The notes beneath the pieces were generated by a model. It had not been told where the DNA came from. It ran no database searches and saw only the letters and a list, made by a program, of their open reading frames with translations. Of a stretch of DNA of 64,000 bases, positions 52,577 to 64,000 are shown piece after piece. The position numbers and the translations under genes were made by a program. The DNA comes from Motiliproteus sp. (GTDB lineage Bacteria > Pseudomonadota > Gammaproteobacteria > Pseudomonadales > Balneatricaceae): positions 10,340 through 74,339 of the forward strand of contig JBFGZS010000010.1 of assembly GCA_041586615.1 (NCBI GenBank), given 5' to 3'. How positions within the stretch are numbered: the first letter of the stretch is position 1; every line of letters starts with the position of its first letter.

Positions 52577-52628
52577 CCGACAAATACCCGACAAATACCC
52601 GACAAATACCCGACGAATATCCGACAAA
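52577..52628. repeat. 4.5 x 11-bp tandem repeat (CCGACAAATAC) between the pnp terminator and tilS
   Basis: Units at 52577, 52588, 52599, 52610 and partial 52621. Confidence 0.88.
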
Positions 52629-52648
52629 AAGCAGATAAAAAGCAGACA

Positions 52649-52678
52649 AAAAAAACTCCGGCAAGCCGGAGTTTTTTT
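52649..52678. terminator. Intrinsic (bidirectional) terminator of pnp
   Basis: AAAAAAACTCCGGC-AA-GCCGGAGTTTTTTT. Confidence 0.9.
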
Positions 52679-52703
52679 ACACGCTAGCGCCTAAGCGCTG
52701 AGA

Positions 52704-54812
52704 TCAGGATAGACCTTCGTCTTCGCGCATATCCTTCATGCTCAGCTTGATGCGGCCACGGGCATCGACATCCAGAACCTTGACCTTGACCATCTGGCCT
52801 TCTTTCAGGTGATCGCTGACGGCGTTAACGCGCTCGTCCGAAATCTGAGAGATATGCACCAGGCCATCTTTACCCGGCAGGATGTTGACGAACGCGCCGA
52901 AATCGACGATCCGCTCAACCTTACCTTCGTAGATCTTGCCCACTTCGGCTTCCGCAGTAATGGCCATTACGGTATCGATCGCCGCCTTGGCGCTGGCCTT
53001 ATCGGCCGCAAAGATCTTGATGGTACCGTCGTCTTCGATATCGATTGACGCGCCGGTCTCTTCGGTGATGGAACGGATGGTCGCGCCGCCCTTACCGATG
53101 ACATCGCGGATCTTGTCAGGATTGATCTTCAGCATGGTCATGGCCGGAGCATTGTCATTCAGCTCTGGGCGGGCATAACCGATAACCTTGGCCATCTCGC
53201 GCAGGATATGCAGGCGTGCTTCCAACGCCTGCTCCAGTGCGGTATCCATGATCTCTTCGGTGATGCCTTCGATCTTGATATCCATCTGCAGGGCAGTGAT
53301 ACCACGCTCGGAACCGGCCACCTTAAAGTCCATGTCGCCCAGGTGATCTTCATCACCAAGAATATCGGTCAGTACGGCAAACTTGTCGCCTTCTTTAACC
53401 AGACCCATCGCGATGCCCGCTACCGGACGCTTAACCGGAACACCGGCATCCATCAGCGCCAACGATGCACCACAGACCGACGCCATGGAGCTGGAACCGT
53501 TGGACTCGGTGATTTCGGAAACAACACGAATGGTATAAGGAAATTCGTCCTGACTCGGCATCATCGCCTGAATACCACGACGCGCCAGACGGCCATGACC
53601 GATCTCACGACGACCGGCACCCATCATGCGGCTGCACTCACCCACGGAGTAACCGGGGAAGTTATAGTGAAACAGGAAGGGGTCTTTACGCTCGCCTTCC
53701 AGCGCATCGATGATCTGTGCATCACGGGTCGTGCCCAGTGTTGCCGTGACAATCGCCTGGGTTTCACCACGGGTAAACAGCGATGAACCGTGGGTCTTGC
53801 CCAACACGCCCACTTCGACTTCGATCGGGCGTACCGTCTTGGTATCACGACCATCGATACGTGGCTCACCGTTTACCACCCGGCTACGTACAATATTCTT
53901 TTCTGTCGAGGCAAACAGGCCCTCAACTTCTTTGGCGTCAGCCAGCGGCGCATCGCCTTCGGCAAACTGGGCAACAGCCTGCTTACGCACGTCGCCCAGA
54001 CGGGTGTAACGCGCCATCTTGTCGCTGATCTGGTAAGCCTCGGTGATCGCGTCACCAAAGGTCGCCTTGATCTGGTCTTTCAGCTCGGCATTGACAGCGG
54101 CGGGCTGCCAGTCCCACTGCGGCTTAGCATTTTCAGCGGCGAACTCGCTGATTGCGTCGATAGCGACCTGCATCTCGGTGTGGGCAAACAATACGCCACC
54201 CAGCATTTCATCTTCGCTCAGCTCCTGCGCTTCGGACTCAACCATCAGAACGGCGTCTTTCGTGCCAGCGACAACCATGTCCAGCAGCGAACCTTCCATC
54301 TGCTCGAAGCTTGGGTTCAGTGTATACCCGTTCTCTTCGTCAAAGCCGACCCGTGCACAACCGATCGGGCCTTTGAATGGAATACCGGAAATGGCCAGTG
54401 CCGCGGAAGTACCCAACATGGCGGCGATATCAGGACAGTTTTTCTTGTCGGCAGAAACAACCGTACAGATAACCTGTACTTCGTTCATGAAACCTTTCGG
54501 AAACAGCGGGCGGATCGGACGGTCGATCAGGCGCGAGGTCAGGGTTTCAAATTCGCTCGGACGCGCTTCACGCTTGAAGAATCCCCCTGGGATCTTACCT
54601 ACAGCGTACGTCTTCTGCTGGTAATGAACCGACAGCGGGAAAAAGCCTTGATCAGGGCGAGCGGTCTTGGCGCCCACGACGGTAGCCAGGACCTGGTTCT
54701 CACCCATGGTCACCAGTACGGCACCGGATGCCTGGCGAGCGATACGGCCCGTTTCGAGTGTGACCGTCTGGTCACCAAACTGAAATGTTTTGGTCTTAGG
54801 AGTCAAATCCAC
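52704..54812 (-). CDS. pnp: Polyribonucleotide nucleotidyltransferase
   Basis: 'RIDGRD', 'FTRGETQA', '[13 protein letters not shown]', 'GDMDFKVAG'; KH and S1 domains. Confidence 0.99.
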   Translation of the reverse strand: MDLTPKTKTFQFGDQTVTLETGRIARQASGAVLVTMGENQVLATVVGAKTARPDQGFFPLSVHYQQKTYAVGKIPGGFFKREARPSEFETLTSRLIDRPIRPLFPKGFMNEVQVICTVVSADKKNCPDIAAMLGTSAALAISGIPFKGPIGCARVGFDEENGYTLNPSFEQMEGSLLDMVVAGTKDAVLMVESEAQELSEDEMLGGVLFAHTEMQVAIDAISEFAAENAKPQWDWQPAAVNAELKDQIKATFGDAITEAYQISDKMARYTRLGDVRKQAVAQFAEGDAPLADAKEVEGLFASTEKNIVRSRVVNGEPRIDGRDTKTVRPIEVEVGVLGKTHGSSLFTRGETQAIVTATLGTTRDAQIIDALEGERKDPFLFHYNFPGYSVGECSRMMGAGRREIGHGRLARRGIQAMMPSQDEFPYTIRVVSEITESNGSSSMASVCGASLALMDAGVPVKRPVAGIAMGLVKEGDKFAVLTDILGDEDHLGDMDFKVAGSERGITALQMDIKIEGITEEIMDTALEQALEARLHILREMAKVIGYARPELNDNAPAMTMLKINPDKIRDVIGKGGATIRSITEETGASIDIEDDGTIKIFAADKASAKAAIDTVMAITAEAEVGKIYEGKVERIVDFGAFVNILPGKDGLVHISQISDERVNAVSDHLKEGQMVKVKVLDVDARGRIKLSMKDMREDEGLS

Positions 54813-55072
54813 AGTGAATTCCTTTATAAATAACTAGCTCACCGCACCTGTCCAGACGACGCCGCGCTGGATCGCATCTGCTTTGCCTGACTAGCTCGTA
54901 CTCTGCTGGACGCTGCACACCGCAACGGGGTGACCGCCTCAGTAGCCAGTTTGCGCTGGCCAACGCCCATCAGAGTACGGGCTTACAAAGAGCATGGGCT
55001 TATAAACAGATGTTTCAGGTACAACTGACAAAAATCCCGCACAAGGCGGGCTTATTTCCCGAAGGAAAAAAC

Positions 55073-55101
55073 AAAGGCCAGGGTGCAACACCCTGGCCTT
55101 T
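55073..55101 (-). terminator. Terminator after rpsO
   Basis: AAAGGCCAGGGTG-caa-CACCCTGGCCTTT with a U-rich tail on the minus strand. Confidence 0.8.
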
Positions 55102-55112
55102 GGTAGAACAAT

Positions 55113-55382
55113 TTAGCGACGCAGACCCAGGCTGCTGATCAGCGCTGAATAACGCTCAACGTTCTTGGACTTCAGGTAATCCAGCAACTTACGACGCTGG
55201 TTTACCATGCGGATCAGACCACGACGTGAGTGGTGATCCTTCTTGTTGGCTTTAAAGTGATCCTGCAAACCCAGGATGTTGCCAGTCAGCAGAGCGACCT
55301 GCACTTCAGGGGAACCCGTGTCGCCTTCGGCGCGCTGGTACTTTGCTACGATCTCTGCTTTGTGTTCGGCGGATAGAGCCAT
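55113..55382 (-). CDS. rpsO: 30S ribosomal protein S15
   Basis: '[14 protein letters not shown]', 'KDHHSRRGL', 'LGLRR'. Confidence 0.99.
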   Translation of the reverse strand: MALSAEHKAEIVAKYQRAEGDTGSPEVQVALLTGNILGLQDHFKANKKDHHSRRGLIRMVNQRRKLLDYLKSKNVERYSALISSLGLRR

Positions 55383-55389
55383 GGTATTG

Positions 55390-55470
55390 CTTCCTTTATG
55401 AATATGCATACGGCCGTGTGCCGCACCGGTTAAATAAACGTACGCACCGTGCATATTTACAGTACGACGT
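55390..55470 (-). ncRNA. Probable S15 autoregulatory leader structure
   Basis: Stem AATATGCA...TGCATATT directly upstream of the rpsO RBS; position matches known rpsO leaders. Confidence 0.4.
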
Positions 55471-55491
55471 AGTCTCAACAAACCCGATGAT

Positions 55492-56445
55492 TTATTGAGA
55501 CGTTCTTATCAGACGCCGCGCCACGAGGGTCGCATCGTCCTGTATCTCGCCAAGACCGATAAAATGCCCATCGGCCCGGAACATTAAAACGGTTGAGGCC
55601 GCACCCGTAAAACCGGGCACGGCCCGGCCATTCATCATGCCGGCTGCCTGCTCGTCGCTCAACGTTACCTTAGGTAACTGATCGACGGCGCTCCAGGGGG
55701 CTAATAATACATCATCCAGCGCTGCTTGGGAGGCCTGTTCATGCTCCTCAGTCGCATTTTCGGCCCCGTGATCGGCAATCGCCTCAAGTTGCGCCAACGT
55801 TAGCATCTGATCAGCCCGGTAAGGGCCGCATTCCACACGACGCAGAACCTTGACGTGGGCCCCGCACCCCAGCAACAAACCCAGGTCTTCGACAATCGAG
55901 CGCACATAGGTTCCCTTGCTGGCGCGAATATCCAGATCCAGCTCATCGCCGCGAAAAGCCAGCAACTCGATGGAATAGATCATCACTTGACGGGGTTTTA
56001 CTTCAACCTTTATGCCCTTGCGCGCCAGCTTATACAGCGGCTGCCCCTGATGCTTAAGGGCGGAATACATCGAGGGCACCTGGGTGATCTCACCGCGAAA
56101 GTGCGCCTCGAGCAGGGCATTGATACGTTCAGCACTGACGTTTTCTACCGCTCGCTCCTCAATAACCGCACCGTCGGCATCGCTGGAATCGGTACGGATA
56201 CCCAGCTTGGCCGTTGTCAGATAGCGTTTATCGGAGTCGAGTAGAAACTGGGAGAACTTGGTCGCCTCGCCCAGGCAGATGGGCAATAAACCCGTCGCAA
56301 GCGGGTCTAGCGCGCCGGTATGCCCCGCCTTGGCGGCTCCGTACAATCGCTTGACCTGCTGCAACACGCGGTTAGAACTGGCACCGCCGGCTTTATCCAG
56401 CAATACGATGCCATCCACCGAACGGCCTTTATGACGACGCCCCAC
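55492..56445 (-). CDS. truB: tRNA pseudouridine(55) synthase
   Basis: 'LLDK', '[14 protein letters not shown]', 'SKGTYVRS'. GTG start placed just after the rbfA stop. Confidence 0.96.
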   Translation of the reverse strand: MGRRHKGRSVDGIVLLDKAGGASSNRVLQQVKRLYGAAKAGHTGALDPLATGLLPICLGEATKFSQFLLDSDKRYLTTAKLGIRTDSSDADGAVIEERAVENVSAERINALLEAHFRGEITQVPSMYSALKHQGQPLYKLARKGIKVEVKPRQVMIYSIELLAFRGDELDLDIRASKGTYVRSIVEDLGLLLGCGAHVKVLRRVECGPYRADQMLTLAQLEAIADHGAENATEEHEQASQAALDDVLLAPWSAVDQLPKVTLSDEQAAGMMNGRAVPGFTGAASTVLMFRADGHFIGLGEIQDDATLVARRLIRTSQ

Positions 56446-56446
56446 C

Positions 56447-56887
56447 TTAGCGGTCTCCCGCGTCGGAGTCCTTGCCGCCTTCAGCCGCCGCGGGTGCGTC
56501 TGGCGCATCATCGGACTGGCGCTGACGATCTTCGCTGACCGCTTTCTCGATCAAAGAAGACAGAAAGTTACCGCGCGAGACACTGGCGTCATAATGGAAC
56601 CGCAGTGCAGGCACGACCCGCAACTTAATACTCTGCGCAATGCGCCCACGCAGAAAGCCTGAGGCACGATTGAGGATCTTCAGCGATTCACTGATCGTCT
56701 CTGGCGAGTCCTGATCATCGAGTACGGTGACATAAATGTCGGCATAGTTAAGGTCCCGAGACACCTTAACGCCGCTGACCGTAACCAGACCCAGCCGGGG
56801 GTCTCTGACCTCCTGCTGGATCAACTTTGCCAGGTCTCGCTGCATTTGCTCGGCGATACGCTGGGTGCGACTGAATTCTCTAGCCAT
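56447..56887 (-). CDS. rbfA: Ribosome-binding factor A
   Basis: 'SRTQRIAEQMQRDL', 'RDPRLG', 'LRVVPALRFHYD'. Confidence 0.97.
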   Translation of the reverse strand: MAREFSRTQRIAEQMQRDLAKLIQQEVRDPRLGLVTVSGVKVSRDLNYADIYVTVLDDQDSPETISESLKILNRASGFLRGRIAQSIKLRVVPALRFHYDASVSRGNFLSSLIEKAVSEDRQRQSDDAPDAPAAAEGGKDSDAGDR

Positions 56888-56893
56888 GGGTAA

Positions 56894-59440
56894 TTATAGC
56901 TTCCGCGCCACTTCAGTGACTTCAAACACTTCGATCTGGTCTCCGACCTTCACGTCGTAGTTCTTCACACCGATACCGCACTCCATACCGGAGCGCACTT
57001 CGCTGACGTTGTCCTTGAAGCGACGCAGCGAATCCAGCTCGCCTTCGTGGATAACCACGTTATCGCGCAGAACCCGGATCTTCTTGCTGCTATGCACCGT
57101 ACCTTCGATCACCAGACAGCCAGCAACCTGACCGAACTTGGGCGAACGGAACACTTCACGCACGTCAGCAATACCCAGAATATCTTCGCGAAGCTCTGGT
57201 GCCAACATGCCCGACAGCGCCTGCTTAACATCATCAATGATGTCATAGATCACACTGTAGTAACGCAGGTCCGTCCCTTCTTTCTCAACCAAAGCCCGCG
57301 CCGATGCATCGGCCCGCACATTGAAGCCAAAGATCACAGCACTGGATGCCAACGCCAGGTTAACGTCCGTTTCGGTGATACCACCCACACCGCTGGAAAC
57401 CACGTTGACTTTCACTTCATCGGTCGCCAGGTCAGCCAAGGATGACGTTAGCGCTTCCAGAGAGCCGCGTACATCGGTCTTCAAGACCACGTTCAGTACC
57501 GAGACCTCGTTAGCCCCCATATTCTCGAAGATATTGTCCAGCTTCGCTGCGCGCTGACGCGCCAGCTTCACTTCACGGTACTTGCCCTGACGGAACAAGG
57601 CAACTTCTCGCGCCTTCTTCTCATCGGCCACCACGGTGAATTCATCACCCGCGTCCGGTGTGCCATCAAGACCCAGTATTTCTACCGGGATGGAGGGTCC
57701 GGCTTCTTTAACCACTTTGCCGTTTTCATCCAACATGGCCCGCACGCGGCCATAGTTGAGACCCGCCAAGACCATATCACCCTGACGCAGCGTACCGTTC
57801 TGAACCAGCAGCGTCGAGACCGCGCCACGCCCCTTATCCAGACGCGATTCAACCACGACACCCATACCCGGGGCAGAAGGGACCGCTTTCAGCTCAAGGA
57901 CTTCAGATTGCAGCAAGACCGCATCCAGCAATTCATCGATACCCTGGCCTGTCTTAGCAGAGACCTCGATAAACTGGACGTCTCCGCCCCAATCTTCAGG
58001 CACAACACCCTTAGCGGCCAATTCACTCTTGACGCGCTCGGGGTCTGCACCCTCTTTATCGATCTTGTTAACGGCGACAACAATCGGCACGTCACCCGCC
58101 AGCGCATGCTGAACCGCTTCTTCGGTCTGCGGCATCACGCCGTCATCCGCAGCAACGACCAGAATAACAATATCGGTCGCCTTGGCACCCCGTGCCCGCA
58201 TCGCGGTAAACGCGGCGTGGCCCGGTGTATCCAGGAAGCTGATCATGCCATGTCCGGTTTCTACATGGTAGGCACCGATATGCTGGGTAATTCCGCCTGA
58301 CTCGCCCGCGGCAACCTTGGTCGCACGGATATAATCGAGCAGGGACGTTTTACCGTGGTCAACGTGACCCATCACCGTGACAACCGGCGCACGAGATTCT
58401 TCTTTACCCTCGTAGCTGATGGTATCCATCAAGCGGTCTTCAACGGTGTTGGCGCTGGCCAATACCGGCTTATGACCCATCTCTTCGACGATGATGCTGG
58501 CCGTTTCCTGATCGATGATCTGGTTAATGGTGGCCGCTGCCCCCATCTTAAACATTGCCTTGATCACTTCCGCCGCCTTGACGGACATCTTCTTTGCCAG
58601 GTCGGCAACGGAAATCGCTTCGGGCACTTCGACTTCATGGATCACGGCGGCGGTTGGCCGGGCAAATCCATGCTGCTTGGACTGAGCAGGGGCCTTTAGC
58701 TTGTTGCGCTTCGGCTTACCACGGTAGCGTTCGTCACCACCGGTACCCATACCTTGGCTGCGGCGCGCCAGTTTGGGTGCCTTTTTCTCGCCACGCGGTG
58801 CATCATCATCACTGCTTTTCTTACCGGCTTTGCGCTTACCGCTATCCCGATTAGAATCGCCGTCACCGGAACCTTTCTTGCCCGTGTCGGATGATTTGCG
58901 CGCCCCACCTGCGGCTTCGGCATCCTTACGTGCTGCGGCCAATTCAGCAGCCGTTCGTGCCGCTGCCGCTTCGGACGCTTTACGTGCGTTCGCTTCTTCA
59001 GCCGCCTTCGCAGCCGCCGCTTCTTCAGCCGCTTTGCGAGCGGCCTCTTCAGCCGCTTTATTGGCCAAGGCATCGGCAGAGACAGCATCCAGCGCACCAG
59101 CTCGCTGACTCACCTCTTCTTCGGCAGCGGCGGGCAAGCCGTCACGCTTCACGTAGACACGCTTTTTTCTAACTTCAACGCTGACGGTCTTCTTAGCACC
59201 GCTGCGTTCAACCTTTAGCTGACTGGTTGTTTTACGTTTTAATGTAATACGCTTTGGGGCAGTATCTTCTGATTCACCATGACTACGCTTTAGCGAAGCA
59301 AGCAGCGTCTGACGCTCCTGCTCAGTAACAGGCGCACTCGCGCTATCATGGGACAAACCGGCATCTTTCATCTGCTTAAGCAAACGATCGGCGGGGACCC
59401 CTACTACCTCGGCAAGCTCTTGAACGGTAACTTCTGCCAT
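56894..59440 (-). CDS. infB: Translation initiation factor IF-2
   Basis: '[13 protein letters not shown]', 'GGITQHIG', 'DTPGHAAF', 'NKIDK'. Confidence 0.99.
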   Translation of the reverse strand: MAEVTVQELAEVVGVPADRLLKQMKDAGLSHDSASAPVTEQERQTLLASLKRSHGESEDTAPKRITLKRKTTSQLKVERSGAKKTVSVEVRKKRVYVKRDGLPAAAEEEVSQRAGALDAVSADALANKAAEEAARKAAEEAAAAKAAEEANARKASEAAAARTAAELAAARKDAEAAGGARKSSDTGKKGSGDGDSNRDSGKRKAGKKSSDDDAPRGEKKAPKLARRSQGMGTGGDERYRGKPKRNKLKAPAQSKQHGFARPTAAVIHEVEVPEAISVADLAKKMSVKAAEVIKAMFKMGAAATINQIIDQETASIIVEEMGHKPVLASANTVEDRLMDTISYEGKEESRAPVVTVMGHVDHGKTSLLDYIRATKVAAGESGGITQHIGAYHVETGHGMISFLDTPGHAAFTAMRARGAKATDIVILVVAADDGVMPQTEEAVQHALAGDVPIVVAVNKIDKEGADPERVKSELAAKGVVPEDWGGDVQFIEVSAKTGQGIDELLDAVLLQSEVLELKAVPSAPGMGVVVESRLDKGRGAVSTLLVQNGTLRQGDMVLAGLNYGRVRAMLDENGKVVKEAGPSIPVEILGLDGTPDAGDEFTVVADEKKAREVALFRQGKYREVKLARQRAAKLDNIFENMGANEVSVLNVVLKTDVRGSLEALTSSLADLATDEVKVNVVSSGVGGITETDVNLALASSAVIFGFNVRADASARALVEKEGTDLRYYSVIYDIIDDVKQALSGMLAPELREDILGIADVREVFRSPKFGQVAGCLVIEGTVHSSKKIRVLRDNVVIHEGELDSLRRFKDNVSEVRSGMECGIGVKNYDVKVGDQIEVFEVTEVARKL

Positions 59441-59468
59441 TTCGGTTCTCCTGTGTTCAGACCTCTGG

Positions 59469-60953
59469 CTATTCCGCAAACCAGGGCGCACGGGCGGTCA
59501 TAATAAGCTGACCCGCCTTCTGTTCATCCATTCCATCGATCTCAAGCATTTCGTCAATCGACTGCTCTGCGAGATCTTCCATGGTTACAATACCCTTGCT
59601 GGCCAAGACGAAAGCCAGATGCCGATCCATACCATCCATATTTAATAGATCATCGGCGGGCTCAGCCTCGTCCAGCTCCTCTTCGGAGGCGATAGCCAAG
59701 TTCAGCAGCGCATCTTTAGCGCGCTGACGTAGCTCACTGACCGTTTCTTCATCGAGACCATCGATCTCGAGCATCTCTTCTATGGGGACGTAAGCTACCT
59801 CTTCCAGCGTGGTAAATCCTTCGCCTGCCAAGATGGACGCGAACTCTTCGTCGATATCCAGATGGGTTACAAAGCGCTCAATTATCGACTTTTCTTCCTG
59901 CTCCTGCTTAACAGAAACGTCCTCTTCGCTCATAACATTGAGCGTCCAGCCGGTCAATTCACTAGCAAGGCGCACATTCTGCCCGCCACGACCGATCGCC
60001 ATCGCCAGATTCTCGTTCGCTACGGCCACATCCATCGTATGCGTTTCTTCGTCAATGATAATGGACGCAACATCAGCCGGCGCCATCGCATTGATCACCA
60101 ACTGCGCAGGGTTGTCATCCCAGAGGATAATATCGACCCGCTCATTATCCAGCTCCCCGGATACCGCTTGCACGCGCGCACCGCGCATACCCACACACGC
60201 ACCGACGGGATCGATTCTACGATCATTGGTCTTCACGGCAATCTTGGCCCGCAAGCCCGGATCACGCGCTGCACCACGAATTTCAATCAATTCTTCTGAA
60301 ATTTCAGGCACTTCAATTTTGAACAGCTCAATGAGCATTTCCGGACAAGTCCGGCTCAAGAACAACTGAGGGCCACGCGCTTCACTACGCACGTCCTGCA
60401 AGATGGCTCGGATACGGTCACCCATGCGGAAGGTTTCACGACCCACCAACTGATCACGACTCAGCAGCGCTTCTGCGTTATTACCCAGATCAGCAATAAT
60501 ATTATCGCGAGTCACCTTCTTAACACTGCCGCTAACCAGCTCACCGACGCGGCCTTTATACTCTTCAACCACCTTGGCGCGTTCAGCCTCACGGACTTTC
60601 TGAACAATAACCTGCTTAGCGGTTTGCGCTGCGATGCGACCGAAGCCGATCGATTCGACCTGCTCTTCAAAGACATCGCCGGCAACCAGACCTTCAGCCT
60701 TCTCGGCCCCTTCTTCCAGGGTCAATTCGGTACCCAGCTGCGCCAACTGATCATCAGCAACGACCAACCAACGCCTAAAGGTCTCGTAATCACCGGTCAT
60801 TCGATCGATGACGACACGAATGTCGGCCTCCTCGTCGTACCGTTTCTTCGTTGCGGTAGCCAGAGCCAGCTCAATCGCCTCAAAGATTACCTGCTTCGGT
60901 ACATCCTTTTCGTTGGATACCGCTTCAACTACCAGAAGAATCTCTTTATTCAT
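59469..60953 (-). CDS. nusA: Transcription termination/antitermination factor NusA
   Basis: '[16 protein letters not shown]', '[12 protein letters not shown]', '[13 protein letters not shown]'. Confidence 0.99.
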   Translation of the reverse strand: MNKEILLVVEAVSNEKDVPKQVIFEAIELALATATKKRYDEEADIRVVIDRMTGDYETFRRWLVVADDQLAQLGTELTLEEGAEKAEGLVAGDVFEEQVESIGFGRIAAQTAKQVIVQKVREAERAKVVEEYKGRVGELVSGSVKKVTRDNIIADLGNNAEALLSRDQLVGRETFRMGDRIRAILQDVRSEARGPQLFLSRTCPEMLIELFKIEVPEISEELIEIRGAARDPGLRAKIAVKTNDRRIDPVGACVGMRGARVQAVSGELDNERVDIILWDDNPAQLVINAMAPADVASIIIDEETHTMDVAVANENLAMAIGRGGQNVRLASELTGWTLNVMSEEDVSVKQEQEEKSIIERFVTHLDIDEEFASILAGEGFTTLEEVAYVPIEEMLEIDGLDEETVSELRQRAKDALLNLAIASEEELDEAEPADDLLNMDGMDRHLAFVLASKGIVTMEDLAEQSIDEMLEIDGMDEQKAGQLIMTARAPWFAE

Positions 60954-60985
60954 TCCACCGCCTCGCCTGTATACCCGTTCCGTCC

Positions 60986-61444
60986 TCAGAACTGGGGAAC
61001 AATATTTGCTTTATCAATTGAATCGATCTGGAACAGGTATTCTTGATCATCGACCTCGATGATCACGTCATCTTCCTCTATTCCTTTGATCAAACCACGG
61101 AATTTACGGCGTCCCTCAAACGGAGCCCGCAAACGCAATTCCACGCGATGGCCTGTAAAACGCTCATAATGCTTCAGGGTAAAAAGAGGCCGATCCATAC
61201 CCGGCGACGAGACTTCAAGCGTAAATTCGCCACTAATCGGGTCTTCAACATCCAGCACGCCACCAAACTGACGACTGACCTTGGCACAGTCATCCACGTC
61301 GATGCCGCTCTCAGCCTCTATAAAAACGCGCAGCACGGTATGCCGACCCTGCGCAATAAACTCAATACCCCACAGCTCGTAGCCGAGCCCGGCAACCACG
61401 GGGGCAGCAAGATCAGTGAGTCGTTCCAGTTTTGTAGCCACCAA
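60986..61444 (-). CDS. rimP: Ribosome maturation factor RimP
   Basis: 'LRVFIE', '[10 protein letters not shown]', '[12 protein letters not shown]'. GTG start. Confidence 0.97.
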   Translation of the reverse strand: MVATKLERLTDLAAPVVAGLGYELWGIEFIAQGRHTVLRVFIEAESGIDVDDCAKVSRQFGGVLDVEDPISGEFTLEVSSPGMDRPLFTLKHYERFTGHRVELRLRAPFEGRRKFRGLIKGIEEDDVIIEVDDQEYLFQIDSIDKANIVPQF

Positions 61445-61454
61445 AAGCCTCTTT

Positions 61455-61550
61455 TTACAAACAAAAAATGGGTCAAAGACCCATTCCTATAGCCCTGCAT
61501 GGAACAGGGCGCTAAAACCTAATAAAAAGCCCCTAAAAAGGGGCTTTAAA
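61455..61550 (-). ncRNA. rimP leader-like pair of terminator-shaped hairpins
   Basis: ATGGGTC-aaa-GACCCAT and AAAGCCCC-taaaa-AGGGGCTTT directly upstream of rimP. Confidence 0.5.
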
Positions 61551-61626
61551 TACTCTCCGCAGCGCTTATTTAACACGCTTGCCGAGACTATGGGCGACGC
61601 CTAACGTAACCGCGCTCACCCGATAT

Positions 61627-61712
61627 TGGTGCAGATAGGGAGACTCGAACTCCCACGCTCATAGAGCACTACCCCCTCAAGGTAGCGTGTCTACCAATTC
61701 CACCACATCTGC
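61627..61712 (-). tRNA. tRNA-Leu(GAG)
   Basis: Reverse complement GCAGATGTGGTGGAATTGGTAGACACG-CTACC-TTGAGGG-GGTAG...GTTCGAGTC...ATCTGC-ACCA; long variable arm. Confidence 0.97.
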
Positions 61713-61757
61713 AAAACTTTTCTTAGTGCCTGCCGGGGCAGACCGATCATTTCCGAC

Positions 61758-62117
61758 TTACTTCGCCGGAGGTATTTCTGAGTCGCCACGTACGGGTGCC
61801 ACATCCAGAATAGGCGCAACATCCCCACCATTCTGCGCTTCGATCAGCATAGGATCAGGCACGCCCTGATCGGCAACCGCCTCTGCTTTCTGCTTGGAAT
61901 AGACAGCCAGCGTGAAACTGGTGACGAATATACCAGTCGCCGCAAGCGCTGTCACCTTACTCAGAAAATTTGTTGTACCTTGGCTGCCAAACATCGTCTG
62001 CGAGGCGCCACTGCCGAATGCCGCACCGGCTTCCGCACCCTTGCCTTGCTGCAAAAGAACCAATGCAACCAACGCAATAGCCAGCAACACATGGGCAATC
62101 AAAATCAGCGATTCCAT
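61758..62117 (-). CDS. secG: Preprotein translocase subunit SecG
   Basis: 'LVLLQQGKGAEAGAAFGSGASQTMFG'. Confidence 0.97.
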   Translation of the reverse strand: MESLILIAHVLLAIALVALVLLQQGKGAEAGAAFGSGASQTMFGSQGTTNFLSKVTALAATGIFVTSFTLAVYSKQKAEAVADQGVPDPMLIEAQNGGDVAPILDVAPVRGDSEIPPAK

Positions 62118-62134
62118 TATCTCTCCGCTTTTTA

Positions 62135-62887
62135 TCAGCCTGCCGCTTGGCAGACCGCTATAAATTCATCTACTTTCAGCGACGCACCGCCGACCAACCC
62201 ACCGTCGATATCCGCCATCGAGAACAAGGTAGGCGCATTGGCTGCATTAACGCTGCCACCGTAAACGATCCGCAACGCGCTGCCTATCTGCTCGCTTTCA
62301 ACCAACACCCGATCGCGAATAAACGCATGAATCTCTTGCGCCTGCTCCGGCGAAGCCGTCTGCCCCGTACCAATCGCCCACACCGGCTCATACGCCACGA
62401 CAGCACCCTCGAGCGCGCCAACACCCTGCGCTTTTAATACGACGTCCAACTGACGAGCAACGACCTCGAAGGCCAAACCCGCCTCTCTCTCAGCCAACGT
62501 CTCACCGACACAGAGGATCGGAATCAACCCTGCGGATTTAGCCGCTGCAAATTTTGCACAAACCTGCTCATCGGTTTCACCGAACAATGCGCGCCGCTCG
62601 GAGTGCCCTAACACCACATAGGCACAACCAAACTCTTTCAGCATGGCCAAAGAATGTTCGCCCGTATAGGCACCACTGGCATGCTGACTGGCGTTCTGAG
62701 CGCCCAAACCAATAATGCTGCCTTCCAGCAAGCACTGCAGCCGATCCAAATAAACCGTGGGCGGACATACAACCACATCCACGCCATCACAACCTGAAAG
62801 CCTTTCACGCAAACCCAGCGCCAGCGCCTCAACGCTAAGCCTTGATCCGTTCATTTTCCAGTTGCCGGCTACTAATGCACGACGCAT
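62135..62887 (-). CDS. tpiA: Triosephosphate isomerase
   Basis: 'AGNWKMN', 'LGHSERR', 'AYEPVWAIGTG', 'YGGSV', 'LVGGASL'. Confidence 0.99.
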   Translation of the reverse strand: MRRALVAGNWKMNGSRLSVEALALGLRERLSGCDGVDVVVCPPTVYLDRLQCLLEGSIIGLGAQNASQHASGAYTGEHSLAMLKEFGCAYVVLGHSERRALFGETDEQVCAKFAAAKSAGLIPILCVGETLAEREAGLAFEVVARQLDVVLKAQGVGALEGAVVAYEPVWAIGTGQTASPEQAQEIHAFIRDRVLVESEQIGSALRIVYGGSVNAANAPTLFSMADIDGGLVGGASLKVDEFIAVCQAAG

Positions 62888-63024
62888 CGATACTCTCCGT
62901 CTGTCAGGCGGTGCGCAATACTAAACGACTTATCCACAAGTTGCAAGCGGGAACCCCCGCTCCTATAAAAATACGCACGACAGCGATAATCGCGCGCAGC
63001 ACCCACAACATAACTCACGCAGGG

Positions 63025-64000
63025 TCACAGCGCTTCTTCTACCGCCTTGGCTAACTGCTGGGTCAGCGACACAACGCGCGCCTGATTTTCACCTTCAATC
63101 ATCACCCTGACAACGGGCTCGGTTCCCGAAGGCCGCAGCAATACGCGACCACGCCCATCAAGCTCGGACTCAACCTGCCTTACCGCATCCTGAATACTCG
63201 GCAACCGGGTTGGATCGCCTTTTTCTTTCAACCGCACATTAATCATATGCTGCGGCATTTTTTTCATCTGTTGCTTTAGCTCTGCCAAGGACCGCCCATC
63301 CTGGACGATCGACTGCATCACCTGCAACGCCGCCACGATTCCGTCCCCCGTTGTCGTAAGATTGCGACAGATAATATGCCCGGAGGATTCGCCACCCAAA
63401 TTCCAATTATTCTTGACCAGCTCTTCCATCACATACCGATCACCGACTCGCGCCCTGACAAAAGGAATACCCTGCTCTTTTAGGGCCACTTCCATGCCAA
63501 AGTTAGTCATTTGCGTACCCACAACCCCCCCCTGCAAACGGTCATCCCGACGCAAGCCCATGGCGATAATCATTAGCAGCTCGTCGCCATCCACCAACTC
63601 ACCGGTATGATCGACCATAATCAAACGGTCACCGTCACCATCAAACGCGACCCCCAGGTCGGCGGACTCCGCCGTGACTATTTTCTGCAACGCTTCAGGA
63701 CTGGTCGAGCCGCAACCTTTGTTGATATTCAATCCGTCGGGTGCCGAGTGTATCTCACACACCTCAAACCCCAGCTCTCTAAATACCTTCGGGGCGATAT
63801 GGTACGTGGCGCCATTGGCCGTATCGATCACGACCTTTAAGCCCTTGAAGGATAAGTCGCGCGGCAAGGTGGCCTTGCAAAACTCGATATAACGCCCGGC
63901 GGCATCTTCAACACGGCGCGCCCGACCCAGTTGCGCCGAATCTACCGTCGTCATAGCCAGATCCATCTGCGCCTCGATCGCCAGCTCGATCTCATCGGGC
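63025..64000 (-). CDS. glmM: Phosphoglucosamine mutase (5' end outside the window)
   Basis: 'DGDGDR', 'GDRYV', 'GGESSGHII', 'LLRPSGTEPVVRVMIEG'; upstream of tpiA. Confidence 0.95.
   Translation of the reverse strand, partial: PDEIELAIEAQMDLAMTTVDSAQLGRARRVEDAAGRYIEFCKATLPRDLSFKGLKVVIDTANGATYHIAPKVFRELGFEVCEIHSAPDGLNINKGCGSTSPEALQKIVTAESADLGVAFDGDGDRLIMVDHTGELVDGDELLMIIAMGLRRDDRLQGGVVGTQMTNFGMEVALKEQGIPFVRARVGDRYVMEELVKNNWNLGGESSGHIICRNLTTTGDGIVAALQVMQSIVQDGRSLAELKQQMKKMPQHMINVRLKEKGDPTRLPSIQDAVRQVESELDGRGRVLLRPSGTEPVVRVMIEGENQARVVSLTQQLAKAVEEAL

Noticed and set aside
56446-56511. N-terminal extension of truB overlapping rbfA
   Set aside because: RbfA reads to TAA 56447 and a GTG at 56445 gives a normal TruB start.

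Overview
A 64-kb chromosomal window from a gammaproteobacterium. Gene content and order suggest a marine Oceanospirillales-like lineage (inference). No transposase, integrase, phage gene or CRISPR array is recognisable. The left ~37 kb is a patchwork of metabolic and signalling genes: a TAXI-TRAP/hutG/FAD-oxidoreductase/RidA cluster, trmB, ilvD, a receiver-CheC-diguanylate cyclase trio, Crp/Fnr-DUF2892, a PepSY/OmpR-family two-component operon, msrA, GST, an RND pair, DUF2157-GDYXXLXY, a GNAT-nitrilase fusion, arfB, MscS, zntB and a haem-c (CxxCH) diguanylate cyclase. The right ~27 kb is core genome, mostly on the minus strand: recA, mutS, fdxA, rpoS-nlpD-DUF368-pcm-surE-truD-ftsB-eno-pyrG-tilS, pnp-rpsO-truB-rbfA-infB-nusA-rimP, tRNA-Leu, secG-tpiA-glmM. 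Structure not explained by the genes: (i) a dispersed ~80-bp palindromic element in 3 intergenic copies; (ii) a 17 x 12-bp array with patterned unit order between pyrG and eno, plus many short intergenic tandem duplications, one in the recA/mutS promoter region; (iii) two genes split by frameshifts at slippery tracts; (iv) two internally deleted regulator relics (IclR; PAS-GGDEF-EAL); (v) an orphan secreted peptide with three HPV[EQ]G motifs; (vi) synteny gaps (no ispD/ispF, accA, cinA/recX or tRNA-Met at their usual positions). No complete new multi-gene system is proven from sequence alone. All family calls come from motif recognition, not database searches.
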